DNA of 64,000 nt from Ignavibacteriota bacterium (GTDB lineage Bacteria; Bacteroidota; Ignavibacteria; UBA10030). Of this stretch, positions 1 through 9,084 are shown one piece after another; the stretch's first letter is position 1; every line of letters starts with the position of its first letter. The stretch covers positions 2,080,001 to 2,144,000 of the forward strand of contig OY969585.1 of the NCBI GenBank assembly GCA_963701295.1. The letters are read 5' to 3'. The notes under the pieces were generated by a model. The model was not told the origin of the DNA, made no database searches, and saw nothing but the letters and a program-made list of their open reading frames with translations. The position numbers and the translations under genes were made by a program.

Positions 1-15
1 CAAGTTAAATTTTGA
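1..15 (+). CDS. 3' end of probable LemA-family protein (partial)
   Basis: caa gtt aaa ttt tga = QVKF*, a typical LemA C-terminus, directly upstream of two TPM genes (lemA-TPM-TPM is a common operon). Only 4 codons are visible. Confidence 0.5.
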   Translation, partial: QVKF

Positions 16-23
16 GAGCAATT

Positions 24-773
24 ATGAAAAACTTACGATGGGTTATTCTCGTGTTTGTGGTTTTGGCATACATCTCGTATGCTATACCTCAGACGAATTT
101 TCCAAAACTCAATCAGCGAGTGAACGATTTTACAAATACGCTGAGTTTTCAGGAATGGCAAGAGGTAGACCGGTTACTGAAAAGTTATGAAGACACGACT
201 TCAACACAGGTCGTTGTCTTGATGGTCAATACTCTTGATGGGGAAAGTATAGAAGAGTATGCCAACAAAACCTTCGCGTTGAACAAGATCGGTCAGGCAA
301 AGAAAGATAACGGTGTTTTACTCGTGATTGCCAAACAAGATCATAAGGTAAGAATCGAAGTTGGTTATGGCTTAGAAGGTGCTTTGACGGACGCTATCTC
401 TGCGCAAATCATTGATAAAGAGATTCGCCCGCACTTCAGAGCAGATAATTACTTTGGCGGTATTGTAACTGGTGTTGATGCGATCATCCGGACAACAAGA
501 GGTGAGTATCAAGCAGATAGTAGAGGGAAGAAAGCACCCGCGGTTTCCATGGGATTGGTATTTCTCGTAATCATGTTCGGGTTTGTCCTTTTACCCATGT
601 TGGCAGCGCGACGGCGTTCTATTATTGGTTCAAGTGGGCATCGCTATTATTCTGGCTGGGGCTATGGAGGTGGATCATTTGGAGGATTTGGCGGTGGGGG
701 TGGTTTTAGTGGCGGTGGATTTAGCGGCGGCGGCGGCATGTCTGGTGGAGGTGGTGCGTCCGGCAGTTGGTAA
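24..773 (+). CDS. TPM-domain (YgcG/DUF477) membrane protein with Gly-rich tail
   Basis: Signal peptide, VND..., KKDNGVLLVIA, RIEVGYGLEGALTD, TM helix and GGGFSGGG...GASGSW tail; ATG at 24 preferred over TTG at 12. Confidence 0.93.
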   Translation: MKNLRWVILVFVVLAYISYAIPQTNFPKLNQRVNDFTNTLSFQEWQEVDRLLKSYEDTTSTQVVVLMVNTLDGESIEEYANKTFALNKIGQAKKDNGVLLVIAKQDHKVRIEVGYGLEGALTDAISAQIIDKEIRPHFRADNYFGGIVTGVDAIIRTTRGEYQADSRGKKAPAVSMGLVFLVIMFGFVLLPMLAARRRSIIGSSGHRYYSGWGYGGGSFGGFGGGGGFSGGGFSGGGGMSGGGGASGSW

Positions 774-801
774 TTCATGACGGGTTATAAAGTGAATAAC
801 G

Positions 802-1476
802 ATGAATACGAAACCAATTCGAGTACTGTATGTCAATGAACTTGAGGGCGATGCGGATTTAATAGGTAGTTACCTTGCAAAGTTTGAAGGTACTCGCTTC
901 GAAGTTGTGTGGCAGCAAAGTGGTGAAAGAGCGCTGGAGTATCTTGCTCAGCAGCCATTAGTGGATGTCATTGTCACAGAAGATACTCTGCCAGGAATGA
1001 GCAATGTAGAATTTACCCGTAAACTGAAGGAATTGAAGTCTGATATTCCCATTGTGTTTCTCACAACAAGTGAGGATGTGAATCTTGCCGTTGAAGTGAT
1101 GCGAATGGGTGTGAAGGATTACCTGCTCAAGAAAGATATCGGAAGCCGTGTTTTTCCTCAATCACTTCTTCGGATTGTCGAAAAAGGACGAATTAAGCAG
1201 GAGTTGATGGAATTGGAAATCAAGAAGAAGCGGTTAGAAGCGATGCAGGAAATTGTTGTGAATATTTCACAAAAGATCAGCGAACCACTGGAAGATATGA
1301 GCAAGATTGTCGCATCGATTGAACAAAAAGAAATACCGGAGAAAGCCGCAAAGTACCTCAAGTTGATTAAGGATAATGTTGCGCGGATGCAAGCTAAATT
1401 GGAGAAACTTCGAAATCTCAAAGAAGACAAGACAGTAAAGTACATCAGAGACATCAAGATGATTGACTTATCGTAG
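802..1476 (+). CDS. Atypical receiver-domain protein with C-terminal DHp/HisKA-like coiled coil and no HATPase
   Basis: REC-fold motifs (LPGMS, IPIVFLT, GVKDYLLK); acidic pocket NE, phospho-site position E, H-box-like SQKISEPL. Confidence 0.8.
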   Translation: MNTKPIRVLYVNELEGDADLIGSYLAKFEGTRFEVVWQQSGERALEYLAQQPLVDVIVTEDTLPGMSNVEFTRKLKELKSDIPIVFLTTSEDVNLAVEVMRMGVKDYLLKKDIGSRVFPQSLLRIVEKGRIKQELMELEIKKKRLEAMQEIVVNISQKISEPLEDMSKIVASIEQKEIPEKAAKYLKLIKDNVARMQAKLEKLRNLKEDKTVKYIRDIKMIDLS

Positions 1477-1489
1477 CGGAGTATGCTGC

Positions 1490-1945
1490 ATGAAAAATCT
1501 CGTAAAGAAACTATTCACGAAAGAAGACCTTGCCGCTATCGCAGCAGCGATCAGTGAGGCGGAAAAGACCACAGCCGGAGAAATTCGCGTCAGCATTCGC
1601 CAAAAACGACGCTGGCGGGAGAAAAAGCTGAGCATCGAAGAGATGGCGCGGCGGGAGTTTCATGGCCTTGGGATGACAAAGACCAAGGATCACAAGGGTA
1701 TCTTGATCTTTCTCTTGATGGACGAAAGGAAGTTTTTTATCCTTGCTGATGAAGGCATCCATACCAAGGTCGAAGAAACAACATGGACCAAAATTGCTGA
1801 AGAAATGTCTTCTCACTTCTCAAAGAAAAATTTTCATCAAGGAGTAACCCATGGTGTTCAGTCCGTCGGCAGAGTCCTTTCTCAATTCTTCCCGCGGAAA
1901 GCGAGCGACACAAACGAACTTCCGAATGATGTGCATGTGCAGTAG
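1490..1945 (+). CDS. Short TPM-domain protein
   Basis: AEKTTAGEIRV, GMTKTKDHKGILIFL, ILADEGI, NELPND motifs; ATG at 1490. Confidence 0.9.
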   Translation: MKNLVKKLFTKEDLAAIAAAISEAEKTTAGEIRVSIRQKRRWREKKLSIEEMARREFHGLGMTKTKDHKGILIFLLMDERKFFILADEGIHTKVEETTWTKIAEEMSSHFSKKNFHQGVTHGVQSVGRVLSQFFPRKASDTNELPNDVHVQ

Positions 1946-1981
1946 TGTGTTTCGGGTTCGTTCATTATTCCTCCAACAACG

Positions 1982-2830
1982 ATGAAGTTCAAAGCTGCAA
2001 TAGCGCAGATAGATTGCCGTGTCGGAGCGGTTGACAAGAACCTCGCGCATCATCTCGAATTCATCGACCGCGCTATTGCCGAGGGGGCGAAGCTTATTCT
2101 TTTTCCAGAACTCAGTGTCACAGGCTATACATTACGTGACTTGGCATGGGATGTTGCGATCAATCCTCATCGAAATAAAACTATCGCTCCTTTGCTTCTA
2201 AAGAGCCGGGAAATTTCTATCATCGTTGGATTTGTAGAAAGCGGTTCGAATCATGGAATTTATAACAGTGCGATGTTCTTAGAGGATGGTGAGATCAAAC
2301 ACATCCATCGAAAAATTTATCCTCCGACATACGGAATGTTTGAAGAAGGACGCTACTTTGGGAATGGAAAGAATGTCACCGCGTTCGATTCAAAGTTAGG
2401 CCGTTTCGGAATGCTCATCTGTGAAGACCTCTGGCATATATCCCTTCCGTACTTGCTGGCACTCGATGGTGCGGAAATTATTCTCTGCCTTACAGCGAGT
2501 CCGACTCGGCTCTCCGGTGAAGGAACCCAACTCGACAATCAAGTTGTGAACTACGAACATCATCGTACCTATACTCGCCTGCTCAATGTGTACGTTCTTT
2601 TCAGCAATCGAGTGGGATTTGAGGATGGTGTAAACTTCTGGGGCGGATCCAACATTACATCCCCTAGCGGGGAAATGCTATCTACTGCAAAGCTTCAAGA
2701 GGAAGGATTAATTTATGCCGATCTTGATTCCAACGAAGTGCAGCGCGCCAGGCGATTCTCTCGCCACTTCCTTGATGAACGTCCGGAAATAGTCCTCGAA
2801 ACGATTCGTCGCCAGTTGAAACGAAAATAG
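1982..2830 (+). CDS. Nitrilase-superfamily carbon-nitrogen hydrolase resembling the glutaminase domain of Gln-dependent NAD synthetase
   Basis: E-K-C triad in FPEL, HRK, ICEDLW; PTYGMFEEGRYF and NRVGFEDGVNFWGGS motifs. Confidence 0.88.
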   Translation: MKFKAAIAQIDCRVGAVDKNLAHHLEFIDRAIAEGAKLILFPELSVTGYTLRDLAWDVAINPHRNKTIAPLLLKSREISIIVGFVESGSNHGIYNSAMFLEDGEIKHIHRKIYPPTYGMFEEGRYFGNGKNVTAFDSKLGRFGMLICEDLWHISLPYLLALDGAEIILCLTASPTRLSGEGTQLDNQVVNYEHHRTYTRLLNVYVLFSNRVGFEDGVNFWGGSNITSPSGEMLSTAKLQEEGLIYADLDSNEVQRARRFSRHFLDERPEIVLETIRRQLKRK

Positions 2831-2895
2831 ACAGGCATCCCATATCTCTAGCGCATTTGGGGGACTCCATTGCAATTCTTCTTGACTTGCTCGTG

Positions 2896-2924
2896 TTGAT
2901 ACTCCGCGCACTTTTTCGTAAATT
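2896..2924 (+). promoter_or_regulatory. Putative sigma70 promoter of htpX
   Basis: TTGATA-N17-TAAATT. Confidence 0.4.
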
Positions 2925-2971
2925 CAAGTGTTCTAGGAATGTAAAGTTGCTTTGAAAGGATAAGAAAAACA

Positions 2972-3829
2972 ATGACAAATTCACTAAAAACGATTCTGTT
3001 AATGGCTCTGATGATGGGTATTTTACTCTTTATTGGAGATTGGATGGGCGGAGAACAAGGTTTATGGATGGCATTTATATTCTCGCTGCTTATGAATTTC
3101 GGAATGTACTGGTTCTCCAGCAAGATTGTACTGATGACATATCGTGCGACAGAAGCAACGGAGGCGGATGCGCCGAAATTATTCAGTATTGTACGCAGGC
3201 TTGCAGCACAGGCACAATTGCCAATGCCGAAAGTGTATATCATTCCCGGTGATTCGCCAAACGCGTTCGCAACCGGACGAAATCCGGAGCACGCTGTTGT
3301 TGCAGCAACTGAAGGAATTCTTCACTTGCTTTCGGATGACGAATTAGAAGGCGTCATTGCGCACGAACTGGCACATGTCAAACACAGGGATATTCTTATC
3401 GCTACACTTGTTGCTTCGATGGCGGGGACAATTACATTTGTTGCGAGAATGGCAATGTATGCTACGATGTTCGGTGGCGGAAGTCGCGACCGCGAGAATT
3501 CCAATCCATTTGGTCAGATTCTTCTTATCATTCTGGCTCCAATCGCGGCGATGTTGATCCAGTTTGCCGTTTCCCGTTCGCGAGAGTTTGCGGCCGACGA
3601 AGGCGGAGCGCAGATCAGCCAGCGGCCCATGAGTCTTGCGAATGCATTACGAAAACTTGAACGCGGGGTTGATCAAATCCCAATGACGAATGCAGGTACA
3701 GCAACAGCGCATATGTTTATCGTCAATCCTTTGGTTGGCGGTGGAATAACGAAATTATTCTCTACGCATCCGCCGACAGAAGAACGCATTGCACGCCTTG
3801 AGCAAATTGCAATGGGCGGGATTCGCTGA
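2972..3829 (+). CDS. htpX: Zinc metalloprotease HtpX (M48)
   Basis: PNAFATGRNP, HELAH (HExxH), SRSREFAAD, FSTHPP. Confidence 0.96.
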   Translation: MTNSLKTILLMALMMGILLFIGDWMGGEQGLWMAFIFSLLMNFGMYWFSSKIVLMTYRATEATEADAPKLFSIVRRLAAQAQLPMPKVYIIPGDSPNAFATGRNPEHAVVAATEGILHLLSDDELEGVIAHELAHVKHRDILIATLVASMAGTITFVARMAMYATMFGGGSRDRENSNPFGQILLIILAPIAAMLIQFAVSRSREFAADEGGAQISQRPMSLANALRKLERGVDQIPMTNAGTATAHMFIVNPLVGGGITKLFSTHPPTEERIARLEQIAMGGIR

Positions 3830-3839
3830 AGGTATCCGT

Positions 3840-4439
3840 TTGATACGCCGCCTGAGACCGATATGGTTTGTGTTGCTGATAGCTCTCTTCTTCGGAGTGC
3901 TTTCGGTATCTCACGCGAGTGATTCTATCGGAGTAGCCAGCGCATCAGTAATTCGATTCCAATTGCAAAGTGTTGCCGATGTAGTTATCGATCAAGCGAG
4001 ACTCGATCCCAAAGGTCGAGTCGCTCTTTGGGTGGAAGGTGAAGGACCGCGATCATTAGCGGAGAATGCATTCGTTGAGACGCTTCAGAAACGGAGTTAC
4101 ACATCGATATTAAGTGCAGGAAAAACATCGGATCAAATGCTTCAAGTGTTTCTGCTTAGTACGGATATTAATGTGCGACCAGTAGATGAAAAATATTTTG
4201 AACGGAATATCAGTATAGCGTTAGAAGTGCGGACAGTCTTGGGAACGGAACGTGAAGTTCGCTTGCTTGGAACTTTTCACCGTGAAACAAAAGATACAGC
4301 GCAAGTATTTCCATCTCTTCAGCTTTCGGTCTTACCGGCGAATGAAGAGGAAAGTGTGATGCAACGATTGTTAACACCCTTAATTATTATCAGCGGCGCT
4401 GTTCTCATTGTCCTTTTATTATTTACGGTGCGAAGTTGA
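3840..4439 (+). CDS. Hypothetical exported protein with C-terminal TM anchor
   Basis: TTG at 3840 after gaaggt; signal peptide; hydrophobic C-terminus ending LFTVRS; stop overlaps the next start. Confidence 0.7.
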   Translation: MIRRLRPIWFVLLIALFFGVLSVSHASDSIGVASASVIRFQLQSVADVVIDQARLDPKGRVALWVEGEGPRSLAENAFVETLQKRSYTSILSAGKTSDQMLQVFLLSTDINVRPVDEKYFERNISIALEVRTVLGTEREVRLLGTFHRETKDTAQVFPSLQLSVLPANEEESVMQRLLTPLIIISGAVLIVLLLFTVRS

Positions 4440-5491
4440 AATCGGTCTCTGTGATGTATGCTCTTGTACTAATTCTACTGCACATCCCTCAAGTATGTGC
4501 ACAGAATTCCGATTCTCTTGCATCCGTCTCACTGCTTGCTTTGGGCGATGTAAATCTTGGACGTACAGTAGGACAGGAAATTCTAAAAGGCAACGTGGAT
4601 TATCCCTTTGAAAAATTTGGCAACGTGTTAAAGCGAGCCGAAATCGTTTTCGCAAATCTCGAATGTCCGATTACTGACCAAAATGGCGAGACACAAAGTC
4701 TGAAATCAAATGTCATTTTTTGTGCACCTCCGCGTGCAGCAACAACTTTACGGCGAGCCGGAGTGACGGTCGTTTCAACTGCAAACAATCATGCATTTGA
4801 TTACGGCTTAAAGGGACTTCGGGAGACGATTAAGTTTCTGAACCAAGACAGCATCAATTTCACTGGAACAGTTGCTGATTCTGGAGTAGAGTTTGCACCT
4901 GTCATTATCGAACGCAACAATATCCGAATAGGCATTATTGCATATACGCAAACTGTCAATATGGTTCGCGGTACCAAGAGCGGATTGATTTCCGTTTTTG
5001 ATTCTGCGCGAGCACAGCGCGAAATAGGCACCCTGAAGAATAGCGTGGACTTCGTTCTTGCAAGTTACCATGGAGGTGACGAGTATAAAGATGTTTCAGG
5101 AAAATCCGCTGAGAGGGAAATGAAACTTCTTGCTGATTTTGGCGCTGATGTCCTGTTTGGGCATCACCCGCATGTGCCGCAGGGGATCGAAATGTATCAC
5201 GGCTGCTTGATGTTTCACTCACTTGGCAATGCTGTATTCAATCAGCCACAGCGGTTCTGGACGCAACGTTCTTTTACAGCACTGGTCGGATTTGAAAAGA
5301 GGAACGAACATAAAAGAATATCGTCTATAGAATTAATTCCATTTCGTCCCGGATATCAACCCACGACCGACTTGAACACAGACGATATACAGAAATTGAT
5401 GGATCGAATTCAAACATTATCAACAATCACTGTTACTCACACAAAGCGAGGTTACTTTGTCGAACCGCCACTTGCAACAACATCTCACTAG
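4436..5491 (+). CDS. CapA-family (PGA_cap) metallophosphoesterase
   Basis: GD, NLE, ANNH..DYG, HGG.E, GHHPHV, SLGN motifs. Confidence 0.92.
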   Translation: MKSVSVMYALVLILLHIPQVCAQNSDSLASVSLLALGDVNLGRTVGQEILKGNVDYPFEKFGNVLKRAEIVFANLECPITDQNGETQSLKSNVIFCAPPRAATTLRRAGVTVVSTANNHAFDYGLKGLRETIKFLNQDSINFTGTVADSGVEFAPVIIERNNIRIGIIAYTQTVNMVRGTKSGLISVFDSARAQREIGTLKNSVDFVLASYHGGDEYKDVSGKSAEREMKLLADFGADVLFGHHPHVPQGIEMYHGCLMFHSLGNAVFNQPQRFWTQRSFTALVGFEKRNEHKRISSIELIPFRPGYQPTTDLNTDDIQKLMDRIQTLSTITVTHTKRGYFVEPPLATTSH

Positions 5492-6320
5492 TTTTCATAT
5501 ATTCTTTGTATTCTTTCTTTTCGTGGTTTTGTTTTCAGGGTGCGGTGGTTCTGATGATGCAACAAAACAATTGAGCGCTGAGGAGCGGTATGAACTTGGC
5601 ATGAAGGCATTTAAGGATGAAGATTATCTAGCAGCCATCGAAGAATTCAAAGTGGTGTCGATCCAATATCAAGGGAGCAAAGTTGCGGATTCGGCACAGT
5701 TCTATATGGCGGAGAGCCGGTACTTGCATGGGGAATATATTCTTGCGGCTTTTGAGTATGATATTCTCATCCGTAATATGCCCTCCAGCGTATTTGTTTC
5801 TCGTTCACGTTTCAGGCGTGCGACATGCTTCTATGAACTCTCGCCTCAATCGTATTTGGATCAGAATTATTCCCGGAAAGCAATTGATGAATACCAGGCA
5901 TTTCTGGAATATCATCCCGCAGATACATTAGCACCGTTGGCAGAAGAGAGAATCATTGAGTTAAACACGAAGCTGGCAAAAAAAGATTTTGAGAGCGGCA
6001 TGACGTACATGCATATGGAATATTATAAAGCGGCAACGTACTATTTCGATCTTGTTCTGGAAAAATATCACGATACGCAATATGCTGAACCAGCATTGCT
6101 CAAGAAAGCTGAAGCGTTAGCGAATAGGAAGAAGTATGCTGATGCCAAAGAAGCAGTGGATAAATTCCGTGTAAAATATCCGACCAGTACCATGAAATCA
6201 GACGCCGATCGATTGTATGCAGATATCGAAGCAAAAATAAGCGAAGATAAAGCGCAGAAACAAAAAAAGGCTGAACCAATCAAAGATACAAACAAGCAAG
6301 TGCCTCATTCAGGAAGTTAA
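5457..6320 (+). CDS. bamD: Outer membrane protein assembly lipoprotein BamD
   Basis: Lipobox FSGC, TPR repeats, LDQ..S.KAI.EYQ.F..Y.P, YY.AA..Y motifs; exact start uncertain. Confidence 0.9.
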   Translation: MSNRHLQQHLTSFHIFFVFFLFVVLFSGCGGSDDATKQLSAEERYELGMKAFKDEDYLAAIEEFKVVSIQYQGSKVADSAQFYMAESRYLHGEYILAAFEYDILIRNMPSSVFVSRSRFRRATCFYELSPQSYLDQNYSRKAIDEYQAFLEYHPADTLAPLAEERIIELNTKLAKKDFESGMTYMHMEYYKAATYYFDLVLEKYHDTQYAEPALLKKAEALANRKKYADAKEAVDKFRVKYPTSTMKSDADRLYADIEAKISEDKAQKQKKAEPIKDTNKQVPHSGS

Positions 6321-6321
6321 G

Positions 6322-6792
6322 ATGCAGCAACTGAGCAGGAAACTGGTCAAGGCATCGCAAGTGGAGATGACAGAATTGGTCATCCCGAATGATACAAATC
6401 GCCTCGGAAACCTTCTCGGCGGCCGATTAATGCACTGGATGGATATCGCTGCAGCTATTGCCGCAGCGCGGCACACGAATAGAGTGTGTGTAACGGCATC
6501 TGTGGATGGACTGCACTTCCATCATCCGGTGAAGCAGGGTGAAGTAGTAATATTGCAGGCATCGGTGAACAGGGTCTTTCGCACATCACTCGAAGTGGGC
6601 GTGCGTGTGACAAAAGAAAATCCATTGACCGGCGAACGGCAACATACGAACACTGCATATCTTACATTTGTAGCAATCGATGATGAAGGTAGACCTGTCC
6701 CGGCTCATCCTGTAAAGCCAGTGACAAGTGCTGAAAAACGGCGTTACCGTGATGCAGCGCGGCGCAGGCAGTTGAGGTTGTCGTACCGATAG
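6322..6792 (+). CDS. Acyl-CoA thioesterase (hotdog, YciA-like)
   Basis: PNDTN.LGNL.GG.LMHWMD, VTASVD, TSLEVGV, AYLTFVAID. Confidence 0.93.
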   Translation: MQQLSRKLVKASQVEMTELVIPNDTNRLGNLLGGRLMHWMDIAAAIAAARHTNRVCVTASVDGLHFHHPVKQGEVVILQASVNRVFRTSLEVGVRVTKENPLTGERQHTNTAYLTFVAIDDEGRPVPAHPVKPVTSAEKRRYRDAARRRQLRLSYR

Positions 6793-9065
6793 TGAGGTTC
6801 ATTATTATTCCGTGGAAACACAACACGTCTGAGTACTGTATGCACTCCCGGCGACAGCGCTACTCGCATATAATCAGTTCCACGTCGTTTATTCTCTGGC
6901 TTACCATTCGCACAGTCTCTGCTCAGACACATGAATCTGCATTCGGTGAAGTGCGGGCATTCCCGCTGCCTGCAAAATTCGAGAAGAGCACGTTGGTTTC
7001 AACAACTCGTCAGAAAATAACAACATTGGCTGCATGGTCTGCACATCACAATGAAATTCTTCTGGCTACATTTAATCCTGCCCTGTCATCAGTGAGTTAT
7101 AGTTTGAAACATACAACAATGGAGTTTGATAATCTCACTGTGGCAGATTTCAATAATGATGGTTCACCGGACCTTCTGCTAGTGAATAACCAAGAGCGAA
7201 CGATGGGGCTCGTGCTTCACTTGTCGCGGGATACACTTCAGGTGGTAAGCAAGATGAAACTTCCATTCGAACCCGAAAAAATCTTGGTCGGGGATTATAA
7301 TAATGACGGACACCTCGATGTGCTGATGTATGCGCATAATACTCCAGGCATTCTCCCCCTTATAGGAAATGGCAAAGGACGTTTTATTTTGGGGAAAATA
7401 ATTGCGCCGGATAATGCCATCGGTGCTGCTGATTTTGCTCATGTGAATAATGACAACCTGATTGATCTGATCGTGTGGGATTGGGTGAAAAGCGAGCTTC
7501 ACGTTCTTTGTGGTGTCGGGAAAGGAAGATTTATTGACCAGAGTGTGTTTCCTGTACAAGGAGATGTTGATGTGCTTGTTGCAACTTCAATAGTTCGTGG
7601 GCACGCACTCGATTTGCTGCTGAAGATGTCGAATCCATCCGGGTTTCAAATCTGGGAAGGGAACGATTATGGCGATTTTCAACTGAAGAATCGTATTGCG
7701 GTTGAGGGGCGTGTTACCGATTTCGGTCTTGCCGATATCAGCAATGATGGCTTGAACGATATCATTGTTTCTGTCAATCCTGCTTCTTTGCAAGTAATCT
7801 TTAATAATGATGGAGATGCTTTTTCTGAACGTGTTGAATATGCTTCCGGCAGCGATCCGCAGAATATCTTTGTCGTATCTCCTCAATCGGGAAATCCGAA
7901 AGATTGTATTGTCTTTGATCGGAGCGGTGGACAATTTATTGTGTATAGGAATGTGATGAGATCAAGTGTCATGACAGATTCCATACAGATTGCCACAGGT
8001 GTCTTTCCGACAGAAATCATCGCAAATGATTTCAACCGAGACGGCATTTCTGATATTGCTTTGATCAATCAGAAAAGTCAATCTGTGTCACTCTATTTTG
8101 GACGGAAGGCCATTGCTCCTTCTGGGCCACTATCGTATTCGTTAACGGATAAGCCGAGTCATATTGCATTCCATTCGTCAACCGATACGACGCTGAAGTT
8201 TGTGCTCTCGTTTCCACAGTTGCATCAGATATCATACTTCATCATCGATTCCACCAATAATTCGGTTTCAAACGCGCTCATCGGTTGCGAAGGTGATGCA
8301 CAAATTGTGGAAGCAGCTCTGAATGATTATGATCAAGCAAAATTTGTTACTTGGAATACGACGACCTCTGAAGGAAACTCTCTCAGTTTTTATGAGCAAC
8401 TTGGACCGACGACATTCATCGAACGCACATTCCGTCTTTCTCCGCCGGATGATTTGCTGGGTGCTTCAGTAGCCGATTTGAATAGCGATGGTCTTCCGGA
8501 TATTGTGTATGCGTACCATGCTGGCGATACTTCGACGGTGGAATTAGGTGTCGCATTTGGCGATTCCACATATTCGATGAAACGCCGCATCGTTTCAAGG
8601 GAATTATCGCTTCCCGATACTCATCGAATATTTATTTGGCTGGCTGATTTTGACAAAGACGGTGTTTTGGATCTGCTGATGCAAACAGGACCACCGGGTG
8701 AGTATTTTATGGTTGCCAAAGGAAAAGGAGAAGGATATTACAACGATCCGAAAATCATTGCCAGCGGCATCCCTGTGACAGATCGGTCGGAAGTGCAAAT
8801 AGTTGACGTGGATGGAGATGGATATTCTGATATTGTTGTCGGCTCCCAGCATCTTGGATGCGTATTGTGGTTTCGCAATGAAGGCGATTGTAACTTTGCC
8901 AGAAAAAAAATATTATCTATTGAAAAAGGGTTGAGTCATTATGTCATTACAGATATTGATGCAGATGGAGTAAATGATTTGGCAATGACGCTCTCGAAGA
9001 AAGGCATATTGAAGATTATCAATGGAAAGTGCCTGTTTCTTCAAAGGGAGACAGGTGTGCGATGA
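6792..9065 (+). CDS. Secreted FG-GAP/VCBS-repeat protein
   Basis: Many DxNxDGxxD repeats (DFNNDGSPD, DYNNDGHLD, DFNRDGISD, DLNSDGLPD, DFDKDGVLD, DVDGDGYSD, DIDADGVND); start may be ATG 6840. Confidence 0.88.
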   Translation: MRFIIIPWKHNTSEYCMHSRRQRYSHIISSTSFILWLTIRTVSAQTHESAFGEVRAFPLPAKFEKSTLVSTTRQKITTLAAWSAHHNEILLATFNPALSSVSYSLKHTTMEFDNLTVADFNNDGSPDLLLVNNQERTMGLVLHLSRDTLQVVSKMKLPFEPEKILVGDYNNDGHLDVLMYAHNTPGILPLIGNGKGRFILGKIIAPDNAIGAADFAHVNNDNLIDLIVWDWVKSELHVLCGVGKGRFIDQSVFPVQGDVDVLVATSIVRGHALDLLLKMSNPSGFQIWEGNDYGDFQLKNRIAVEGRVTDFGLADISNDGLNDIIVSVNPASLQVIFNNDGDAFSERVEYASGSDPQNIFVVSPQSGNPKDCIVFDRSGGQFIVYRNVMRSSVMTDSIQIATGVFPTEIIANDFNRDGISDIALINQKSQSVSLYFGRKAIAPSGPLSYSLTDKPSHIAFHSSTDTTLKFVLSFPQLHQISYFIIDSTNNSVSNALIGCEGDAQIVEAALNDYDQAKFVTWNTTTSEGNSLSFYEQLGPTTFIERTFRLSPPDDLLGASVADLNSDGLPDIVYAYHAGDTSTVELGVAFGDSTYSMKRRIVSRELSLPDTHRIFIWLADFDKDGVLDLLMQTGPPGEYFMVAKGKGEGYYNDPKIIASGIPVTDRSEVQIVDVDGDGYSDIVVGSQHLGCVLWFRNEGDCNFARKKILSIEKGLSHYVITDIDADGVNDLAMTLSKKGILKIINGKCLFLQRETGVR

Positions 9066-9084
9066 AGATGTATTGGAGTGCTGA

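Noticed and set aside
660-770. GGC/GGT-rich low-complexity repeat
   Set aside because: Encodes the normal Gly-rich tail of TPM-domain proteins
7140-8980. Recurring GAT/AAT-GAT-GG motifs
   Set aside because: Protein-level FG-GAP repeats, not a DNA repeat array
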